Shown: piece by piece, positions 8,657-19,271 of the stretch
How positions within the stretch are numbered: position 1 is the first letter of the stretch
Layout: the number at the start of each line of letters is the position of its first letter
Assembly (NCBI GenBank): GCA_965662895.1
Contig: CBFIJH010000006.1
Span: 56,924 to 120,923, forward strand
DNA length: 64,000 bases
From: Candidatus Poseidoniaceae archaeon
GTDB taxonomy: Archaea; Thermoplasmatota; Poseidoniia; Poseidoniales; Poseidoniaceae
Direction of reading: 5' to 3'
Notes under the pieces: generated by a model
What the model was told of the DNA's origin: nothing
Database searches by the model: none
Seen by the model: only the letters and a program-made list of their open reading frames with translations
Program-made: the position numbers and the translations under genes

Positions 8657-10126
8657 ATGCGTTCACGAATTATTGCAACCATCGGGCCAGCAAGCGACAA
8701 TGCAGAAACGCTTGCAGAAATGATTGAATCTGGCATGAATATCGCTCGACTCAACTATTCACACGGTGATTTCGATGGTAAAGAACAGACCATACAAAGC
8801 ATCAGAGAAGCGGAAAAAAAGACTGGAGTACACATTGGTTTGCTCGCTGATTTGCCTGGGCCGAAATTACGACTTGGGAGATTTGAAGGTGAAGTTGAGC
8901 TCTTGCGGGGTGAACTTGTCGATCTTCACTGCGGTTTCGGGGAAGGTCTGCCTCCTCAAAGTACGACCATTCTCGGCGAAATGGTCAAGGCATTACCGGT
9001 CGAATGGAGCGGTTTGTCCAAGGATTTGCAGAAAAGCGATCCTGTTCTCCTTTCTGACGGCTTGATTCGTCTTGAAGTCTTATCTGCACCCGATTTTGAC
9101 GGGGAAATCGTTCGATGCCGTGTTGAAGATGGAGGGATTTTGACCCAAAGAAAAGGAATCAATGTTCCAAGAACGTTGGTCAAACTTCCAGCTGTTGGCC
9201 CTCATGATTTGAACTGCCTTGACCACGCTCTTTCTCAAAATGTGGATTTTGTAGCGGTCTCATACGTTCGTAGTGCTGATGATTTGCAGCCTGCTAGGGA
9301 GCGTATTGAAGCCGCTGGTGTGCATACTTGGATCGTTGCAAAAATTGAACATCCTGCAGCTTTGGACGATCTGAATGCAATTGTCGAAACCGCAGATGTT
9401 GTCATGGTCGCACGTGGAGACTTGGGCGTTGAAATCCCTCTTGAGGAAGTGCCTGCTGCACAGGAACGCATTGTCTCCGCTTGCCTTGAACGTGGTACGC
9501 CGGTCGTGGTTGCAACGCAGATGTTGGAAAGCATGGTCAATCATGCACGACCAACGAGAGCCGAAGTCACTGATGTAGCAACTGCCATACGTCAACATGC
9601 GAGTGCTGTGATGTTGTCCGGAGAGACTGCAAACGGTCAACACCCAGTAAAAGCAGTTGAAACGATGGCACGAATTGCGGAAACGGTTGAACAATCGACT
9701 CAAGGACTGCCCGATCCACCTGCACTCGCCGCATATGTCTCAACGCGCGTCATTGCTGGTGCTGCAATCGATATTGCACGAGAAACCAATGCAAAGCATC
9801 TCATCGTTGGTACAGAACACGGAAATGCTGCGAGATTAATGGCTGCACACCGCCCAAGAATTCCAATATATGCTATGACAAATCGTATACGAGCGGCTCG
9901 AAGGACCACAATTTTGCCCGGTGTTGAAAGCCTCATTGTTGAAGAGAAATCGCGTGCACGTTCAACCGTTGCAGAAGCTGTCAAACAACTCTATGATAAA
10001 AAGAAAATTCGACCAAACGACACGATTGTTGCCATTTCAGGTTCGCCACTTGCGATTTCAGGAAGAACCTCAACAATTCGACTGTTGTTTGTTAACGAAA
10101 AAGGCGAATTGACAGACTTGGAATGA
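8657..10126 (+). CDS. pyk: Pyruvate kinase
   Basis: Motifs IIATIGPAS, ARLNYSHG, DLPGPKLR, AKIE, MVARGDLGVE, ATQMLESM, PTRAEVTDV and MLSGETA. Confidence 0.97.
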   Translation: MRSRIIATIGPASDNAETLAEMIESGMNIARLNYSHGDFDGKEQTIQSIREAEKKTGVHIGLLADLPGPKLRLGRFEGEVELLRGELVDLHCGFGEGLPPQSTTILGEMVKALPVEWSGLSKDLQKSDPVLLSDGLIRLEVLSAPDFDGEIVRCRVEDGGILTQRKGINVPRTLVKLPAVGPHDLNCLDHALSQNVDFVAVSYVRSADDLQPARERIEAAGVHTWIVAKIEHPAALDDLNAIVETADVVMVARGDLGVEIPLEEVPAAQERIVSACLERGTPVVVATQMLESMVNHARPTRAEVTDVATAIRQHASAVMLSGETANGQHPVKAVETMARIAETVEQSTQGLPDPPALAAYVSTRVIAGAAIDIARETNAKHLIVGTEHGNAARLMAAHRPRIPIYAMTNRIRAARRTTILPGVESLIVEEKSRARSTVAEAVKQLYDKKKIRPNDTIVAISGSPLAISGRTSTIRLLFVNEKGELTDLE

Positions 10127-10184
10127 AGTCTTGTTCTACCAACGACACAGGGCCTTTATGTAGTGAAGTGGTTGCATTGACTTC

Positions 10185-13100
10185 ATGAGCAAGTGGCGGG
10201 GGGACAACCAAAGGCCCCGAAAGGCCCTTTTCTTGACCGCACTTATGCTTCTAGCATCATGGTCTGTTGCTCTGGCCGGAGTCCCGCTAGCATCAGCACA
10301 CGAAGCAGAGGATGTCATTTCATGGCCCCTCTCGGGAAGCAACGATACAGGTTGGGTTCAACTTGATGCAGTCGTTGGCTCGGACCCTATTTTGTCCAGC
10401 CAAGCAACCGCTGATTGGATTCTCGAATTCGCGCCCGGTGCAGAAATTTCCAACGTTTCTCTTCAAATCCACGTAAACGGATCGGATGGCCTGATGATTG
10501 ATGAACCACTCATGGTTGCAAACGACATTGGGATCAATCTCTTCGACTGGAGTGGTCTCGGAACCTTAGGAGCGTCGGACTCTTTCGATGGTGCGAATCC
10601 ATACGCAGATCGGTTATCACCCAACAGCGCTTCGGGCGCGGGCTGGACCCTGCCTTCAAACGCCGTTATTACAGAACTTGCCTTTGAAGCACTTGCTCCG
10701 CTCGATCCAATCACTTCGTTTACACCCGTCACGATCCCGCTCTATGGTGCAGTACAACACCCTATGGATGGCCAACTCTATCTTCAAAGCAGCACATCAA
10801 TCCTTGTTCTTGATGCAAACAACGATCCGGCGTTCATCGACGCCTACGATTTTAATGACCTGAATTCCGAAATTGTTGGGATGGGCATCGGGCCCAACAA
10901 CAACCTCCACGTTGCATTTTCAAATGGGATGTTCAAACTGATTTCCTACGATGATGGCACCGTTAGTGACGGTCTGCCGGACGCTGGATTTGAAATCGCT
11001 CTCTTTGAGGTTCTATCGTCTGGCATCTACACGATGACAAGTGGCGGTACGCTTCTCAAACTCGATGCTTCCAACACATGGAGCCAGGTTGTATCTGCCT
11101 CATCGAACAATTGGCCTACATCCACTGAAGTCAATGACCTCCACGAGCAAAATGGGATACTCTATGCCGCTACAAACAGTGGAGTGGGGCGTTATGACTT
11201 GAATGCAAATCAACCACTTTCGGTCTGGGATTCTGCGAACGTTCTGCACAGCAACAACGTCACAATGATGGAGACTGCGGGCAACCAGGTGCTCTTTGCC
11301 TCTGGTGACAATGGACTTGCAAGGTACAATTGGAACTCAGGTTTTTGGCTCGCAACTTGGAACGATGCAAACTGGTTGCCTTCCAATGATGTCTCAGGAA
11401 TTAAAGCATTCCAAGATACGCTCCACATTATGACTGGTGAGCAACTCTTGAGGTACAATTTGACCACTGGAGTATTCGGATCCTCAATTCCTCTCAACGA
11501 CATTGCACTTGTTGAATCCGATGAAAACGCCTTATTCGCTTGGTCTCCAAACGGAGAACGTGCCCCCTCAACAATGATGCATGTCGCAACGGATGGAGGG
11601 CGAATTGTTCTCGTTGAAGCCTCCATGCAGAGTACTGTTGGGCGTGAAATTGTTCTTGCAAGCGGCCCATCGACTCCACAACTCTCCGATGCACTCGAAC
11701 ACAACGGAATCCTCTACGCCGCTGGTTATTCTTCTGAGACCATCGATCGGTTTGATGTTGCATCTTCAGTTTGGCTTACTCCAATCAACATCGGCAACCC
11801 TGTGACATCCCTTGCCGTGACAGGAGACACCATCATCGCTGGAACCCTTGAAGATGGATTGTTCCTTATCGAGAACGGTTCCATCCGAACCAATATCGCA
11901 GCTGGTTCGAACCCGGACGCCAACTCAGAATACATCACGGATATCGCAGCCGTTGGAGATTGTACATCGACCATAGGTTGCCAGATTCTCTTTGTTCAAG
12001 AATACGCTGCATTCCGAGCAGATGTTGATTCAACCGCAGTTGGTTCTGCTACACTCCTTACATCAGATTATTTCCTGACGGGACAAGTTGCAGCATATGC
12101 TGGCGTGGGTTATTGGGCTTCAGACGAAGGTTTACTTCGCTATGATATTGTGAACGAAACCTTCCTTGCAGCATGGGGTTCGACCGGAGTTAATCGAGTA
12201 GATAATGCCCCTGTAGCGGTTGTGGGAGATGTTCTCCACATGGGACTTGCGGGCTATGGTGTTGCCCGAAAGGACCTCAGCACCGGGGAAATTCTCCCGC
12301 CTTTGACCGCAAGCAACCGTGGTGGTCTACTTCCTTCCGACCAAATTTACGCCCTCGATACCGATGGGTCCAACCTCTACATTGGAACCCAACAAGGTGC
12401 TCGCAAATGGGACGGAAACCAAATGACAAGTTTCGGCCAAGGTTCATCCTGGCAAACACGCCCTTCGCAATTCTTCGACTTTGCAATCGAGTCCAGTAGT
12501 ACCGGAGGAAGTCTCTATGCTGGGACCAACATCGGAGTTTGCAAGTACAGCATCGCAACCATGAGCATCGACGATTGTCAGAACGTCTACGACGGTATGC
12601 CGAACTGGGCAACTTACGTTGTTGGCGTCAACAGTACGACGGTTTTCGGAGGAACGTTCAGCGGCGTAGGACTCATTGACAAGAGTAGTTTCTCCGTCGA
12701 TGACACATGGGAAGCAACTGCATCTACCTCGAATGCTCTTGTTGAAATCATCGATGATATTGCCTACATTGGGCTCACCGGCATCGGTGTTGCGCGATGG
12801 GACATCAACAACAACGAATGGCTCACAACGTGGACCGAAGACAACGCTCTTGACAACGGAAATGAAGAGGTGACAAGTCTTCTCGCAGACATCCAGCCAG
12901 GGTACATTTGGATTGGTGGACGTGATGGTTTCCAACTCCTGGGAACAGCCAACGGGACAGAATTCTATGACATTGAAAAATCAAACTCGCTCTACAGTGG
13001 CAATGGTAATCCGTTCGATTTGACGATGTATGGAAATACGATGTACTATCACCAAGGCACCTCAAGCGACAGCATCTACGGCATTGATATTGCAAATTTC

Positions 13101-16100
13101 ACCTCAATTACACCGCTCGATGCTGGTCAACGCATAGGAGAGAATGGAGGTGACATTTCTGGCCTCGAAATCGTTGGTGACACCTTACTTGCAAGTGTTG
13201 TTTCAGGTCAATGGTGGAATCAAGATGGAAGCGGCGGAATCGTACAATACGATCTATCATCCAACGCATGGAATGCATCCGTTTTACCTTCTGGACAGGT
13301 CAATCGAGTCACAGCGTTTGAATCATCAAGCGGGCATACATGGGTTTCTTGGGGCGACCTTGGTGTCGAAGTTTACAGTCCAACGGGGACCAAGCTTGGG
13401 TTTTGGGACAACCTTGAATTCCCAATTCGAGAAATCATTGAATACGATGGATTGATTCTTTTTGCCACAGAAGATGGTATTGAACGATTCAACGAAACCT
13501 CATTCGCATGGGAGTCGACATGGACGCCAGGAAATGGAATACCGAACAACATGGGCGATTGGATTGGCGAGTTGTGGACAGATGGAAGCCATCTTGTCGT
13601 TGGATCTGCAACCTTTGCAGGATGGGGCGGATTCCAGCGCGGAATTGTGGGCCACCTCGATGGAACAACAGGAACATGGTCAACGTTTAACACCGGACAG
13701 AATGGTATACCAAACGGATATCCATTGTCAATGAGCGAGTGCGGCTCTTATCTCTACATCGGTTTGTACAACAATAACGGGGGAGTGGCGTATATGGATT
13801 TGAACAGTTCCTCTGTCGTAGGGTCATTCACCACCTCGGTGCTTCAAGATGGTCGGGTCTCTGCCGTGTCGTGTGATACCTCGGACGTCTTGTATGTTGC
13901 ATACAACTTAGCAAATCAAGGTATTTCGAAATACGATACCTCTGCAAGCAGGTGGATTGCAAGAATTACGACAGGAACAAACAACCTACCCGGAGACCCA
14001 GTATGGTTCGATGCGATGGATTATTCCAACGGAAAGCTCATGATCGGCTATGATGATGCAGGAGGATTTGCAATTATCTCAACGCTAGGGGCAGTGTCAG
14101 GACAAGCAAGCCTCCAACGTGTTGGAACTCCCGTAACGTCGGTTAAACACACTGGAACAGAGTGGTTGATCGGTCAAGCTGGTGAAGCAAGCGGCTACTC
14201 ACGCGTTGAGAAATTGGGTGGTTCCGGCTTGTACACGGCATTTGAATTGCCTGCACTGGTCAGTGGAAGCATTCCCTCTATGGCGAGTAATGGGGACAAA
14301 ATTTGGATTGCAACCGAATCCTCAACTGGAGGAAACGGCGGTGGACCAGCGGCCGCAGGAATCCTGCAAGGCACCTTCAATTCAACCGGAGGTATCGAAT
14401 GGGAGGAAGGCTGGGCATTCCCGTTTTCTACCTCCATCAGCGACATGAGATTAGAAGGAACAACCTTGTACGTCTCAACCTCGGGAACAGGACTGTACAC
14501 ATTGGACACATTGACAGGCATCTTACAACGACAAACAGGATCGATTCACAACAATCTTGGTGGATTGGGTGTGCACACTACGAACGGTGTCTCGACCATG
14601 TACGTTGGTTTACTCGGTACATTCTCGACATCTGCTGGAGTCCAATCCTATGATTTGACGGCCCAGCAATTTGGAAACGGTCAACTCCTCTCCGGATTGC
14701 CGTCGGATAATATCCAAGGATTTGCATTTTCCGCAGATCACGTATACGTTGCAACTCAAAATGGAATTGGTCGATGGAATGTATCTGCTGACGATTGGGA
14801 CAATCCACTTACAACCGCAGACGGCTTGCCTTCTTCGAATATTGAAGATGTGAAATTCATCTCCAACTCACTGTACATTGCCTCAGCAAGTGGCCTATCT
14901 CAATACATCCCAACTACAGGTGCGATTAGTACCAACACAACCGCAGATGGTTTGCTTGGAAATTCTGTATGGTCGATTGAAACCTATTCTCCTCCTTCGA
15001 TAAATCAAGCCGTTCAACTTGTTCTCGGTCATGACGGAGTAGGTGCTGAACGGCCAGGGGTATCGATGGTCGATGCTTCCTCAAACGCTGTTGTTTCAAC
15101 CCATCGATTCGACCAACTTCCTTCAAACTACATCACTGCGATAGCATCCGATTATGCCGGCTTACACATTGCCACCGATGTTGGCCCTATGGTCCATTAT
15201 GATGGTTTAACGCAAGAATTTGAAGACGGATTGGCAAGTTTCCAACTTCCATCTTGGCCTGTCTTTCGAATGGACAGTGATGGAACACATCTCATGCTCA
15301 TGGGGCTCAATGCCCTTGCAATTGTCGAAGCACACACAACATCGCATGCAATTGTCAAGTCAACAGCCGTTCAGAGCCCAACAAACGTCGCTGTCGGCAC
15401 CAGCGGGTTTTGGTTAACGACAAGTGACGCTGGACTTCGAGGGTGGACACCTGCTACTGCCTTTGATGAAATGGAAAGCCAAACTTCTCGATCGGCTAAT
15501 CCACTAAACATCGGCTTCAACTCTGAATTCATGGAAATCTCCAACATGACGCACTCTGGCTACCAAATTGATCTCGTTACGCCAGACAATCCAGTTGAAC
15601 TTAACGCATCCATTGGACAGGCTGGTGTTCATGGCTTGCTGTTCCAGACTGTTCCACTCATTATGACTTCACCAGTTTCAAATGCTGCAGTATGGGCAAA
15701 GTCTTCCAAACTGAGATACGATGCAATCCTCGAATTGGACAACTCAACAGGCGTAGAGGATGGTCTACAGTTGGCGATCAACAACGGACAATTGATCAAC
15801 GGAACGAGGTTTGTTCCCATCAAACTCATCTCACCTTCAAACGGTTCAATTGAAGTGCGATTAACATACGACTGGGTTCGATTGGATACGCCCGTTGAAA
15901 TTTCAGATATGTACGACCGCCCTGATGATGGAGGCGGTGCACTTACGGTTGAGTGGACCTTAGTTCATGACCCTGATTTCAGCCGATATCTCGTCTATGT
16001 AAGCGATGAACCGTGGACTGCACTCCCAACTGATATTGATCTTGTAAGTCGAATCATCGATAAATCTGAATCCATACACAGTCGTCTGAAAGCAGATGTC

Positions 16101-18473
16101 ACGACAGCAAATGGCGTACCACTTTCAGATGGAGTGGAATACTATGCCCTTGTTGTCGTGGAATACAACAATGGGAGATACGGAATACCGAGTCAAGTCT
16201 TTGGCCCAGTGACAACCAGCAACGAAGTCCCTGCACCGCCTGAATGGGCAATTGCTCAACCCTTAGACGGTGGTGTCGCCGGTGATTTGGAAACAGAGTG
16301 GTCTAGATGCAACGCTCTTGACCTCCTTGAGACTCGAATTTATGCATCAACTCAATCAATGACCAACATCCTCGGTCTTTCCGTTGTATCCTCCGTCGTG
16401 CCCTCTGAGGGGAACACTACCATCCTTAGTTTGGAACCCGGCAAACCGTACTGGCTTGGGTTCACATGCGTTGATCAAACCGGACAAGAAGATGTCATGA
16501 ATGCAACAATCATTGGGCCCGTGGTTCCAACAGGAGGTGTTGATGACGGTATTGCACCAGCGAAATTGGAAAATGTTTGGGCCATTGATACCCCGGATGA
16601 TGAAGGGGGGCGAATTACGGTCGGCTGGGACAAAAGCCCTGCGGATGATTGTGCATATTATGTCGTTTACATGATTACAGGCGTCGTTTTCACCACATAC
16701 CCATCATCAGTCGCTGGATTTTCAGAGTCGAGCATCATCAACAACTGCGATGACAACTCGACAATCGTTTCCCAAATTGATGGCCTACCTTTGTCCGATA
16801 ATTTGGAGTATTACATCGGTGTTGTCGCCTTTGACAGTTGGCTCAATGGGAATATCAATGATGTTGAAATTGTAACCGCAACGCCACTTGACAATTCAAA
16901 CGGTGCAGCAATGCCGCCAACACGAATTGAAAACATACAGGCATACGATCATCCGGACGATGATGGAACGGCAATCGATGTGGTATGGACTGTCTCAGAT
17001 GCTGGAGATTTTAGTCACTACATTGTATGGGCCGCTGACAAGCCTGTTGATGATGTGGGGTATTTGTGGAATGCATATGGGGACGATCCAGCAAATTGTG
17101 GCTGCATCATGATTGACAAGCAGTGGATTGATGAAGATAAGAATCCAATCGAATTGACATTGAACACTGCCCTCTATGGGGCTGCAACACAACAGGATGA
17201 TCAATTCGGTCCATCCGACACACCAAAGTTGATTCAGCCTGGAACCGAACTGTTCGTGACCGTCACAGTTCACGACGTACAAGGCAATGTCTACACCGAT
17301 TCATTGCTCTCAGCGAGCGTCATTCCAGTGAACAACTTCGAAGATACAACTCCTCCTCCTAGATTGGACAACATTAGCCTCAGTGATCGACCAATGGATG
17401 ATGGTTCAGCGCTCCACCTTGAGTTTGAACTTTCTCCAGCAAGTGACGTCATTCAATACGACGTGTACGCTGCATCTTGGTCCTTTACAAGCGTTGGAGT
17501 AGGAGCGGATGGACCGAATGCTCCGTTGATGACACTCGACCGTAATCCTGACCTACCACTGACCATATCTGAATTGGCAGGAGATTTGCCAGTTCTACCC
17601 GGACAAGAAACGTGGGTCACGGTTGTTCCTGTTGATTCCTCAGCAAATTCGATTCGAACAAATTTGACCGTTGTTTCTGCACAGTCCATCGATGATGGTG
17701 TAACCGACCCAGGCAGTTACTTGCCGAGCATCGGTGGCATTACACTCAAGTGGGTTGAAGAAAGTGAAATTTTGGTGACATGGAACCATTCAACCAATCT
17801 CAACGTCAAAGGCTACCAAGTTCACATCAGTTCTGAAGACTTCATGGACATCACCGATGCGACATTCGTCGGCGAGACGCAAACAGCGAATTCGTATGTG
17901 ATAACAGAGGCTGTTTTCGACAGTCTTGTCAATTCGTCGAATTGGTTTATTTCAGTAACGCCCTTTGATGAAAATGAAGTCCGAAATACTGTGGATGCTA
18001 TGCGAATCAACGCAGTGAATGCTGAAGAACCTGGTGAGAGTGAAAGTTCCGAAAATGGGCTCGAATCGTTGCTAACGACACCAAACCTCGTTGCTACTGG
18101 ACTCGTCCTCATATCACTCTTGCTTCTCATCGCCATCTTCAGAGGAAGAGGAAAGAAGAGTCAGAGTGAGAAGGAGTGGGATATTCAAACAGCAACATGG
18201 GGTATCAGCGATGATGCTTGGAACACGCCAGCACAGTCGAACGTACCAGCTCCGCCACCGGCTGCACCGATTCAAACCGATACCCTCTTCCAAGCCGCCG
18301 ATCGAATCGAACGTCAGGAAAGTGGGCGTGAACAGTACGTTCCGCAAATGCCGGTGATGAACCCAGTCCGAACAAACATCGATGATGCTCTGTTAAACGA
18401 TCTTGATATCGGAAAGCCACAACAGAAATCAAGTTCGGCCATTGATACATCATTCCTCGATGACTTGTTGTAA
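10185..18473 (+). CDS. Giant (2762 aa) cell-surface protein: signal peptide, multiple beta-propellers (regulator-propeller-like LPSN-x-I/V repeats), FnIII-like stalk, C-terminal TM and cytoplasmic tail
   Basis: N-terminal hydrophobic signal; repeats LHSNNV/LPSNDV/LPSDQI/LPSDNI/LPSSNI/LPSNYI with LYxATxxG; FnIII-like units LTVEW/ITVGW/IDVVW...Y; TM LVATGLVLISLLLLIAIF followed by RGRGKK. Confidence 0.85.
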   Translation: MSKWRGDNQRPRKALFLTALMLLASWSVALAGVPLASAHEAEDVISWPLSGSNDTGWVQLDAVVGSDPILSSQATADWILEFAPGAEISNVSLQIHVNGSDGLMIDEPLMVANDIGINLFDWSGLGTLGASDSFDGANPYADRLSPNSASGAGWTLPSNAVITELAFEALAPLDPITSFTPVTIPLYGAVQHPMDGQLYLQSSTSILVLDANNDPAFIDAYDFNDLNSEIVGMGIGPNNNLHVAFSNGMFKLISYDDGTVSDGLPDAGFEIALFEVLSSGIYTMTSGGTLLKLDASNTWSQVVSASSNNWPTSTEVNDLHEQNGILYAATNSGVGRYDLNANQPLSVWDSANVLHSNNVTMMETAGNQVLFASGDNGLARYNWNSGFWLATWNDANWLPSNDVSGIKAFQDTLHIMTGEQLLRYNLTTGVFGSSIPLNDIALVESDENALFAWSPNGERAPSTMMHVATDGGRIVLVEASMQSTVGREIVLASGPSTPQLSDALEHNGILYAAGYSSETIDRFDVASSVWLTPINIGNPVTSLAVTGDTIIAGTLEDGLFLIENGSIRTNIAAGSNPDANSEYITDIAAVGDCTSTIGCQILFVQEYAAFRADVDSTAVGSATLLTSDYFLTGQVAAYAGVGYWASDEGLLRYDIVNETFLAAWGSTGVNRVDNAPVAVVGDVLHMGLAGYGVARKDLSTGEILPPLTASNRGGLLPSDQIYALDTDGSNLYIGTQQGARKWDGNQMTSFGQGSSWQTRPSQFFDFAIESSSTGGSLYAGTNIGVCKYSIATMSIDDCQNVYDGMPNWATYVVGVNSTTVFGGTFSGVGLIDKSSFSVDDTWEATASTSNALVEIIDDIAYIGLTGIGVARWDINNNEWLTTWTEDNALDNGNEEVTSLLADIQPGYIWIGGRDGFQLLGTANGTEFYDIEKSNSLYSGNGNPFDLTMYGNTMYYHQGTSSDSIYGIDIANFTSITPLDAGQRIGENGGDISGLEIVGDTLLASVVSGQWWNQDGSGGIVQYDLSSNAWNASVLPSGQVNRVTAFESSSGHTWVSWGDLGVEVYSPTGTKLGFWDNLEFPIREIIEYDGLILFATEDGIERFNETSFAWESTWTPGNGIPNNMGDWIGELWTDGSHLVVGSATFAGWGGFQRGIVGHLDGTTGTWSTFNTGQNGIPNGYPLSMSECGSYLYIGLYNNNGGVAYMDLNSSSVVGSFTTSVLQDGRVSAVSCDTSDVLYVAYNLANQGISKYDTSASRWIARITTGTNNLPGDPVWFDAMDYSNGKLMIGYDDAGGFAIISTLGAVSGQASLQRVGTPVTSVKHTGTEWLIGQAGEASGYSRVEKLGGSGLYTAFELPALVSGSIPSMASNGDKIWIATESSTGGNGGGPAAAGILQGTFNSTGGIEWEEGWAFPFSTSISDMRLEGTTLYVSTSGTGLYTLDTLTGILQRQTGSIHNNLGGLGVHTTNGVSTMYVGLLGTFSTSAGVQSYDLTAQQFGNGQLLSGLPSDNIQGFAFSADHVYVATQNGIGRWNVSADDWDNPLTTADGLPSSNIEDVKFISNSLYIASASGLSQYIPTTGAISTNTTADGLLGNSVWSIETYSPPSINQAVQLVLGHDGVGAERPGVSMVDASSNAVVSTHRFDQLPSNYITAIASDYAGLHIATDVGPMVHYDGLTQEFEDGLASFQLPSWPVFRMDSDGTHLMLMGLNALAIVEAHTTSHAIVKSTAVQSPTNVAVGTSGFWLTTSDAGLRGWTPATAFDEMESQTSRSANPLNIGFNSEFMEISNMTHSGYQIDLVTPDNPVELNASIGQAGVHGLLFQTVPLIMTSPVSNAAVWAKSSKLRYDAILELDNSTGVEDGLQLAINNGQLINGTRFVPIKLISPSNGSIEVRLTYDWVRLDTPVEISDMYDRPDDGGGALTVEWTLVHDPDFSRYLVYVSDEPWTALPTDIDLVSRIIDKSESIHSRLKADVTTANGVPLSDGVEYYALVVVEYNNGRYGIPSQVFGPVTTSNEVPAPPEWAIAQPLDGGVAGDLETEWSRCNALDLLETRIYASTQSMTNILGLSVVSSVVPSEGNTTILSLEPGKPYWLGFTCVDQTGQEDVMNATIIGPVVPTGGVDDGIAPAKLENVWAIDTPDDEGGRITVGWDKSPADDCAYYVVYMITGVVFTTYPSSVAGFSESSIINNCDDNSTIVSQIDGLPLSDNLEYYIGVVAFDSWLNGNINDVEIVTATPLDNSNGAAMPPTRIENIQAYDHPDDDGTAIDVVWTVSDAGDFSHYIVWAADKPVDDVGYLWNAYGDDPANCGCIMIDKQWIDEDKNPIELTLNTALYGAATQQDDQFGPSDTPKLIQPGTELFVTVTVHDVQGNVYTDSLLSASVIPVNNFEDTTPPPRLDNISLSDRPMDDGSALHLEFELSPASDVIQYDVYAASWSFTSVGVGADGPNAPLMTLDRNPDLPLTISELAGDLPVLPGQETWVTVVPVDSSANSIRTNLTVVSAQSIDDGVTDPGSYLPSIGGITLKWVEESEILVTWNHSTNLNVKGYQVHISSEDFMDITDATFVGETQTANSYVITEAVFDSLVNSSNWFISVTPFDENEVRNTVDAMRINAVNAEEPGESESSENGLESLLTTPNLVATGLVLISLLLLIAIFRGRGKKSQSEKEWDIQTATWGISDDAWNTPAQSNVPAPPPAAPIQTDTLFQAADRIERQESGREQYVPQMPVMNPVRTNIDDALLNDLDIGKPQQKSSSAIDTSFLDDLL

Positions 18474-18512
18474 CACCGAGATGCTCAAGGCATAGCGGGT
18501 TAAGGGGCAACC

Positions 18513-19271
18513 ATGAGCGGGGTTGTAGGTGGCCCTCGGTCATCGGTATTTTCAACAATGAGGTTCTCAAAGAGAAAAGGAATCTTCTTGTTTGAGAATC
18601 ATATCAAGCGTATGAAAATCCATTTAAATAAATTAAGGATTGAAGATTCATCAATTGAAATGGATTCAATACTCGATTTCCTATTGAAAAATCCTCCAAA
18701 GTTGGCAGAAGGGCTTCTTCGGCTTGAGTGCACCTCTTCCCACAAACTTCATGTTACATACCGTCCCTTTTCAATCCAAAATGAAGAAGTCGATGCTGTA
18801 ACAGTTCCAAGTCCTGTTTGGCCAAAACGTGTATCTGGAACAAAGCACGGGGCATGGGAATCTTACATCAAGGCTCGAGGATATGCAGAGGAGCATGGGG
18901 CTGACTTGGCGCTCCTTATTCACGATTTTTCGATTGTAGATTGCGATAGATGCGCGCCACTAATCGTGGATGAAGACGGTGTTCTTTGGGCAAGTAACTC
19001 CGATCTTTCCGTGCAGTCAATCACATTTGATTTGCTGAAGGATGCCTTACAAATGAAAGGTTATGCCATTCAACGTGGCCATCTCAATGAGCGCATTGTT
19101 GCTCGTTGTGCTGAAGCTGTTGCCGTGGGGAGTGGAGTTGGAGTACTCAAAATCGATTCGATTGATGGCGAACCAATCGGAAACGGAAATAAGCATCTTT
19201 TCGAATTGTGTAAAACCATCCTCGATGTACAGTATCAAAACGAAAATCAATGGACGGAGGTCTGGAAATGA
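18513..19271 (+). CDS. pabC: Aminotransferase class IV, probable 4-amino-4-deoxychorismate lyase
   Basis: VFSTMR...FENHIKRM, GTKH (PLP lysine) and GVLKIDSIDG; ATGA-coupled to the ADC synthase gene. Confidence 0.7.
   Translation: MSGVVGGPRSSVFSTMRFSKRKGIFLFENHIKRMKIHLNKLRIEDSSIEMDSILDFLLKNPPKLAEGLLRLECTSSHKLHVTYRPFSIQNEEVDAVTVPSPVWPKRVSGTKHGAWESYIKARGYAEEHGADLALLIHDFSIVDCDRCAPLIVDEDGVLWASNSDLSVQSITFDLLKDALQMKGYAIQRGHLNERIVARCAEAVAVGSGVGVLKIDSIDGEPIGNGNKHLFELCKTILDVQYQNENQWTEVWK

Noticed and set aside
12280-12900. Slightly GC-richer stretch inside the giant surface gene (possible mosaic)
   Set aside because: One hand-counted line gave 31/60 G+C, too small a deviation to support without a sliding-window computation.
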